This document shows, one piece after another, positions 57,827 to 64,000 of a stretch of DNA of 64,000 nt (position 1 is its first letter; every line of letters begins with the position of its first letter). Source of the DNA: Tubiluchus corallicola (lineage: Eukaryota > Animalia > Priapulida); NCBI GenBank assembly GCA_030141605.1, contig JAQGDQ010000093.1, positions 372,001 to 436,000 on the forward strand, given 5' to 3'. The notes under the pieces were generated by a model. It ran no database searches, was not told the origin of the DNA, and saw only the letters and a program-made list of their open reading frames with translations. The position numbers and the translations under genes were made by a program.

Positions 57827-58527
57827 GGCGCTATTACACTTTCGCACCGCCTAGTTTTTTCTAGGTTATTACTCGTTTCTAGGCTCGCAGGTCATTATTC
57901 TATTATTCTCACGTCATCAGTGAATGTTTCCGCTAATCTCGTGGTAATTTAATCATATATTTAGCTATAATTACCAATAATTACGTTGTATTCACAGTTC
58001 TACACCTATACAGTTCGTATCGCCATCTTGTTTGTGTGTGTAGTCACGTAACGAATTTCGTACTAGTTTATGCATTATCAGAGCCTAGCTTAAAGGGCAC
58101 GTGACGCACTTTCATCTTGACCGCATTTAAGAAATAAAGAAAAAACCTTTACTTTTTTATAATCTAATAGTAATAATACTACAGTAATAAATAAAATTAA
58201 TGATAAATAACTGTAGTGGTCTAAAATAATTTCCTCGTATATGCCAGTTTGGGTTTGACAGAGAAACTGAAAATACATGTTAAGGGCCACATCGTCACTG
58301 CGCGAGAACGATTGCGCATTAGTGGTGTAAACACAGTTATTCACATGGAGCTTTTTGCGTGATGGTGACGGTAAGTAATGTATGATTTTAATCTGGAATT
58401 CTAAGGTCTAATAATATTATGGGAATATGGTGTATATTACACCTGTTGGTCTGCTTTCTGGCCTGCAGGCGTGAAAACAACCAATAGGCCAGAAAAAAAC
58501 TAGGCGGTGCGAAAGTGTAATAGCGCC
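57827..58527. mobile_element. Non-autonomous DNA transposon (Merlin- or MULE-like MITE)
   Basis: Perfect 34-bp TIR GGCGCTATTACACTTTCGCACCGCCTAGTTTTTT; perfect 8-bp TSD AAATGTTG (57819-57826 and 58528-58535). Confidence 0.9.
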
Positions 58528-59557
58528 AAATGTTGTTAGCAGTTATTTAAAGTTCAGTTCCTAGATCGTTTTGTTTCAAGGTGACCAGTCATATACAACT
58601 ACTTGGATGAAAAGAAAAAAAAATCAAACTCTTATTTACTCGGCTGAAAAGAAGCGAAAAATGAAAATAACTTTAAATCAAACTCTTAATTCCAATCTCA
58701 CGCTGTCTCTTCATTACGTCGTTAAAAAACTTTTTGCCACAAATCAATATTTTGAAAAACCAACTCGCGCACTCTTCATCTGAAAAAAAACCTTTTCTCT
58801 CATTCTCATAAAAAATGCAGCGTAACAAAATATGTCCGAAAGTTTCTGGTTCTGAACCACATCCACAAATTCTATCCTGTTCATCCAGCTGCCATCTATG
58901 CAGTAGATTGCAGTTTTAATTCCAAAGCTCCAATTCTTGCCTTTGCTTAGTGCTTTATCAATAATTCATGATTGTATATCATTGATAAAACAAATGAGTT
59001 AAAACATCATGATGTACTTATTTACATTAACATTTCATAACATACAATATGTAAATAAAAATATGTAAGCATTAGTAGACATCATAACATATTACAATTC
59101 AATATTTAATCATGGAATTTCTATTTCGACACCAACAGTGTCTTTATTATATTGGTAAGTTTTGTGATAGCTTTGCTTCTCGACATTTGGAAAGACTAAC
59201 TTTCCTTTAATTACAGTTATTAAAGTAAGCGATAGCTTTGCCTTTAAACGTCGGGAAAGACGTGCTCCATCAACTATCATGGCCATTTTCAAATGAGTCA
59301 TTTCCTGCCTCGGACTTTATACCAGGCCTGTTCATTAAACAGTTACACGGTTAGCGATGTGATAAGACGGGTTTCCTATATACATATTTGCACAATCAAA
59401 CTACAGAAGTAATTATGTACTCTTTCTTTAAGTACTTCGTACAGTTATGTATACTGAGCAAATAGTAATTTGCTTACTTTGGAAATGAGTTTCCGACAGC
59501 AATTAAAAGTTTTATTTTTGTTTATTATTGCGCATGGTAAATTTCAGAGAGACTACA

Positions 59558-62500
59558 ATGGCTGACAGGAACGGAATGATACAATGTCGCTTGTGCAAGC
59601 CTGTGGCTACGTTTGCATACAAACAAGCGTTTCTAAGGCATTTGACAAGCCAACATTCGGTGCAGCACATAGATAATGAAATGGAAACGGCAACAGCCGT
59701 GTCAGACGACGGACGTCTGCAGTGCCTCTTATGTAAGCCTGCAGCAACGTATGGTTATAAACAAAGTTTAATTAGACACTTAAGAACCAAACATTCAGTA
59801 TCGTATTTGGACAAGCCTAAAAAGCCAGTTACGGCAACGGCTGCAACGATCAATGAACGTATACAGTGCAGCTTGTGCAGCCCTGTCGTAACATTTGCCT
59901 CCAGGAAAAACTTCTTCAGACACTTGAGAAACAAGCATTCAGGACCGTATCTGGATCAGAAAACGGTTACGGCAACGGACGGATCAAGCATTAGACGGGT
60001 TTTATATCAGTGCACGATGTGCCACAAGACGTTTCCCATTTGCAAGAGCTTTTACAGACACATGATAACTTTTCATTACGATGCGGAAACGGCGGAAAAA
60101 TGTGGCTATCCAAAGAGGGTATGCTATTTGTGCGATGGTCCGACAATGTTTCAGTCTAAGTTTGACCTGCTCAGACACATGAAAACACTGCATTTTCCTT
60201 TACCACTAAATTTGGAGATGGAGCCGACAATAACGAATGATGGGGACATGTCCGTGCAACTGTACTGTACCTTGTGTGAACCGTCCATCACATTTACTTG
60301 TAAAATAAGCTTTTACAGACATATGAAACAGCACGTGGCAGGTCAGTAGAGCTTTGGCTATTTTGTTTTGTGCAACTGCTAGTAACTATAAAGCCAAATT
60401 ACAGACCAGCCATCCATTTGATGTAAAAATGAGTGTGAAAAGTAGAAAGCGGATACTGAAATTAAATTATTAAAAAATTAAGGTTCAGTTACAGAGTTCA
60501 CTTTTAGTTTGTTAAAATAATTATTATTCTGTTGTTTTGTTGGTGTTTACTAGTCAAGTTAGAGGTTATTAATGTTATCGTTGGTAAGAGGTTTTAATAG
60601 CAGACAATCAGATTCATCAAAAAGCAAAACAAAACAGCATTAACAATCTCTCATCTAATGTTTTTGCTTGTTTAAACCTGATAATAGTAACTGCAGCTGC
60701 AAAAAAAGTTTGCTTAAGCAGCTGCCGGGATAATTGTTTATTTTGCCTGGCACCCTGATGATGTCATTTTTGTTCTAAACAAACATGTACAAGCTTGAAG
60801 TGATCGGAACTTTAAATTGATTTTACTAATTACACAAGGCACTTATCACTGTTAAACAATATGACAGTGGGTCTACCAATGTCTTACAATTTTCCCGGAA
60901 CACGATACTATTTTTGAGTTGTACGAAACTTTTTATTTTTCTAGAGTATAATATTTTGAGTTAGGTGAAGCAAGTTACACGTATTTTGATTAAATGGACC
61001 ATAATGTTTTATTTGAGTTAGGTGAAATTTTTGAGCTAAATGATGTCTTTTTGTGGGAAAAATGAAAAATTTCATCCTTTCCGCTGAAATTCTTTGAGTT
61101 AGGTGAAAATTTGAGGTGTGAGATTTTGAATTACGAGGAGTTTACTATATTATAATCCAGCACTGCACATAGATGTTTGTTAACATTGTTCATTTTGGAT
61201 TAAATTTGCAAGTTTTTGTTGATAGTTTTGTGTTTAGTGTACATGGTTTTTCATTTTTCCAACTTAGACCACGAATTGCATTGTCAGAAAAAGAAAACTC
61301 CTGCGATTCAGTGCAGTGAACCTGAGTGTTCTTTCACCTGCAGCTTGCTTGTCTCCTTCCAGCGCCATCTGCGGGAATTTCATCAAGTTAAGTTTGAAAA
61401 GGAGACATATACATTTGGCTCACCCGATGAGGTAACCACTTCGTATTCATAATTTCATTATCTGATTATTTTAACGCTGGGTACCATTACGGTCATGAAA
61501 TTCTTGATTCAGTGTAATGTCATCATGTGATCTATGCAACTAGTGTGTGATTAGTTCAGTGGCAGCTTGTAGTTAAAATTAGTGGGGGTGCTGCTTTAGA
61601 AATTTTTTATCTATTGTTTTAATACTGTGTAAAACGAAACAAACATATGTAATTTTAATGTTGTAATTTGTAATTGTAATTTTAAAGATACAAAAATTGA
61701 TACATAAACTTGATAAAGTCCTAAACAAAAATTTTTTGCTTAAGAATAGCCTAAATTACCGCAGTTTAAGAATATGGCGGTACGCTATTTTTAAGCATGT
61801 AATAACTGGCAACAAACTGTGTGAGTGACAGTACTTTTGCTACCTCGCAGCAGACGCTAGCAGTGCATTGTACAGCATGCTATCTCAGACATTTGTGCCT
61901 GCCCGCATGAACACAATAGCCAAGCACAGTACTACCCTCACATGCTGTAGTTCCGTGTAAGTCTAAAAAAGAACTAAAGACAAACGACTTATTGCATTGA
62001 ATATTATCGATAATAATGAGTGAAAATGGGGTGGGGGGCACTGCAGTTCCACAGTACCTATATATGAGCCGCTACTGGTCAACTTTATTGTAGTTATAGC
62101 AACATTCATTTCTGGTACACTGAAGGAAGTAACTTTGTAATTTCTACATATTGCATCTGTTGCTTTAATTGTCACTCATGTAGAACGTTATAATCGCATG
62201 TTTTGGTAATAACCCAAGAATTTTACTTTCTTACAGTTTCAGCAATGGCTCGAGGAAGAAGAAGCCATCAGCGGTAGTTGTTTCATACAAATTCGCGGAA
62301 GCACGGAGGAATGCGAAGTCGAAAAATGGACTTTGCACTGCCACCGTAGCCGCGTTTGTCTGCGTAAATATGAAGCAAAAAACGTGCCATTGCCGGAAGA
62401 TGTGGGTCATTGTACGGCAAGGATGCAAGTGGAGAAATACCTGGATTCCAACTCCTTGGTGGTTAACTACACCATGACACACTATGGACATGGATCCGGA

Positions 62501-63668
62501 CCCGCGTCAGGTGGGTAGTTTCCACGTGTAGGTTTTTCCACAGAAACATGTTTAAATCCACGTTTAAACATGTGTCAGATCCAGCACACCTACTACACTA
62601 ATAGTTTGCTTGCTGCCGCTGCCCCTTGCCCCCATGTAAATGCAACATTTATCACACCGGTTGTCGTGGTGACGATGTTAATACTAAAAACAAGAAATTT
62701 TCCTGTTGCCATAACGCTCTATTTTTTCGCGAAGAACGTTTTGTGTCTCTCATGTAAACTCAACAACTAACTCTATTTTAGCTAGGTTAACTCCTCAAGC
62801 CCATTCCTACAGCTATATGTAAATTAATTCATTTTGGCTTCCTTATGTTGCGTGAATCGCGAAGCCCAAACTTCGCAACACCTGTCTTATATGACTTCAC
62901 TAGAATGTATTATAATGTCATCCTGTAACCTGATACATACAGTTACATCAATTTTTGAGTAATGAGTGATCAATTTTACCGTTTATCAATGCTGACCAGT
63001 CTAGATTTATTCCGTTGTCAAAGGGGAATAAAGGGGAATTCTAAAGTTTTCCTGGAGAACTTTCCATGCAAAGTTGTATTACTTTGCATTACGCTTACCT
63101 GTTCAAAACACTTTTGTAATTGGAAACAAAAATTCTCGATAATTCAAAATATTCATGCCACTTGGTAAAACTTCACTGTATGGCCATCCCTGTGTGCACC
63201 ACTGATTCACCAAAAAACACATTATTGGTCTTACTGAAAATACAAATTAATTTAAGCTTTTGCTTATTTACCGAAGAGTGTGCCGCGAATGCTACGGTAG
63301 CATTAATCTACGAATACTGCTACCTAAGCCTTGTATGCAATAGTACAGAACGTAAGTGATATAAAATTTCCAGATGAATTTTTTAATCTTTGTTTATAAT
63401 GAATGTTTTCTTGTGCTTTGACGAATAATCGCGGATTTAATATTATGGTTATAAATAGTTTAATTTACCTTAATTGTTCATTTCAGAAAGTCCTGAAGTG
63501 TTGGAGAAACTTCGTAGCGACTCAGAACGGGGTAAGTATTCTGTTATTTCCTAAATGTATAACTAAAATGATGTGCTGTAATTCACAAAATCTTCCTTGG
63601 CTGCAGAGCACTTCAAAAACATCGTCTTTATTTCTACCTTGATGCCACGCCCACGTATTCGTACATGA
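59558..63668 (+). CDS. Multi-C2H2 protein with a MULE-type WRKY/GCM1-like domain (about 442 aa)
   Basis: join(59558-60341,61268-61431,62237-62510,63487-63531,63607-63668); phases 1,0,1,1 are compatible. Seven C2H2 fingers, then F-G-S-P-D-E-F-Q-Q-W...C-H-R-S...C-T-A-R-M...V-N-Y...H-Y-G-H. The last exon is less certain. Confidence 0.82.
61557..62077 (-). mobile_element. Inverted copy of the 40800-41575 MITE family
   Basis: cagtggcagcttgtagttaaaattagtgggggtgctg ... atgagccgctactg. Confidence 0.7.
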
Positions 63669-63796
63669 AAGATTTTGTACAAGTATCCACAAGAGGAATA
63701 TCCGTATTCAGAGCTTGTGGAAGAGAATCTGAACAGAACAGTAAATGATCCGGAATATGAACTGGAAGATACAGGTAGCACAGGTGGCTGTTAAGG

Positions 63797-63852
63797 TGAG
63801 AGAAAGAGAGAGAGAGCGAGAGAGGGAGGGAGGGAGAGAGAGAGAGAGAGAG
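63797..63852. repeat. (GA)n microsatellite
   Basis: Direct reading of the sequence. Confidence 0.9.
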
Positions 63853-64000
63853 AACAGAATAACACATTTTGCCTTTGCACTACTGATTTTTTTAAATGTG
63901 TGCATGCATAGCAAAATTGTCCATAAGTAGGCAATTAAGTTTTTCTAGTTATTCACATATCCTGAATCTCCATTTCATGAGGATCAAGCTTATCACTCTA

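Noticed and set aside
63666-63668. Selenocysteine codon
   Set aside because: No redox-motif context and no recognisable SECIS in the available downstream sequence.

Overview
AT-rich, intron-containing animal (invertebrate-like) genomic DNA with five protein-coding genes, all reconstructed by hand from GT-AG exons. (1) The 3' part of HDAC6 (+, 16 exons from 535 to 35465, 610 aa in this window) has an intact second deacetylase domain and the C-terminal ZnF-UBP. (2) A 757-aa C2H2 zinc-finger gene (-, 18690-22171) is nested antisense in an 11,972-bp HDAC6 intron; its first coding exon closely resembles the N-terminal exon of the dynein regulator NudE/NDE1, which is the most striking observation here. 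(3) OTU1/YOD1 deubiquitinase (-, 38341-42798) lies tail-to-tail with HDAC6 and carries a 5'-truncated R2-superfamily (RLE) retrotransposon in its intron. (4) An AT-hook/11-C2H2 protein (-, 48923-51175). (5) A gene with atypical C2H2 fingers and a MULE-type WRKY/GCM1-like domain (+, 59558-63668), probably a domesticated transposon module. Introns and intergenic DNA contain many MITEs (Tc1/mariner-pogo, hAT, Kolobok and Merlin-like termini), a CR1/L2-like LINE end and minisatellites. Homology calls rely on remembered motifs, not on database searches.
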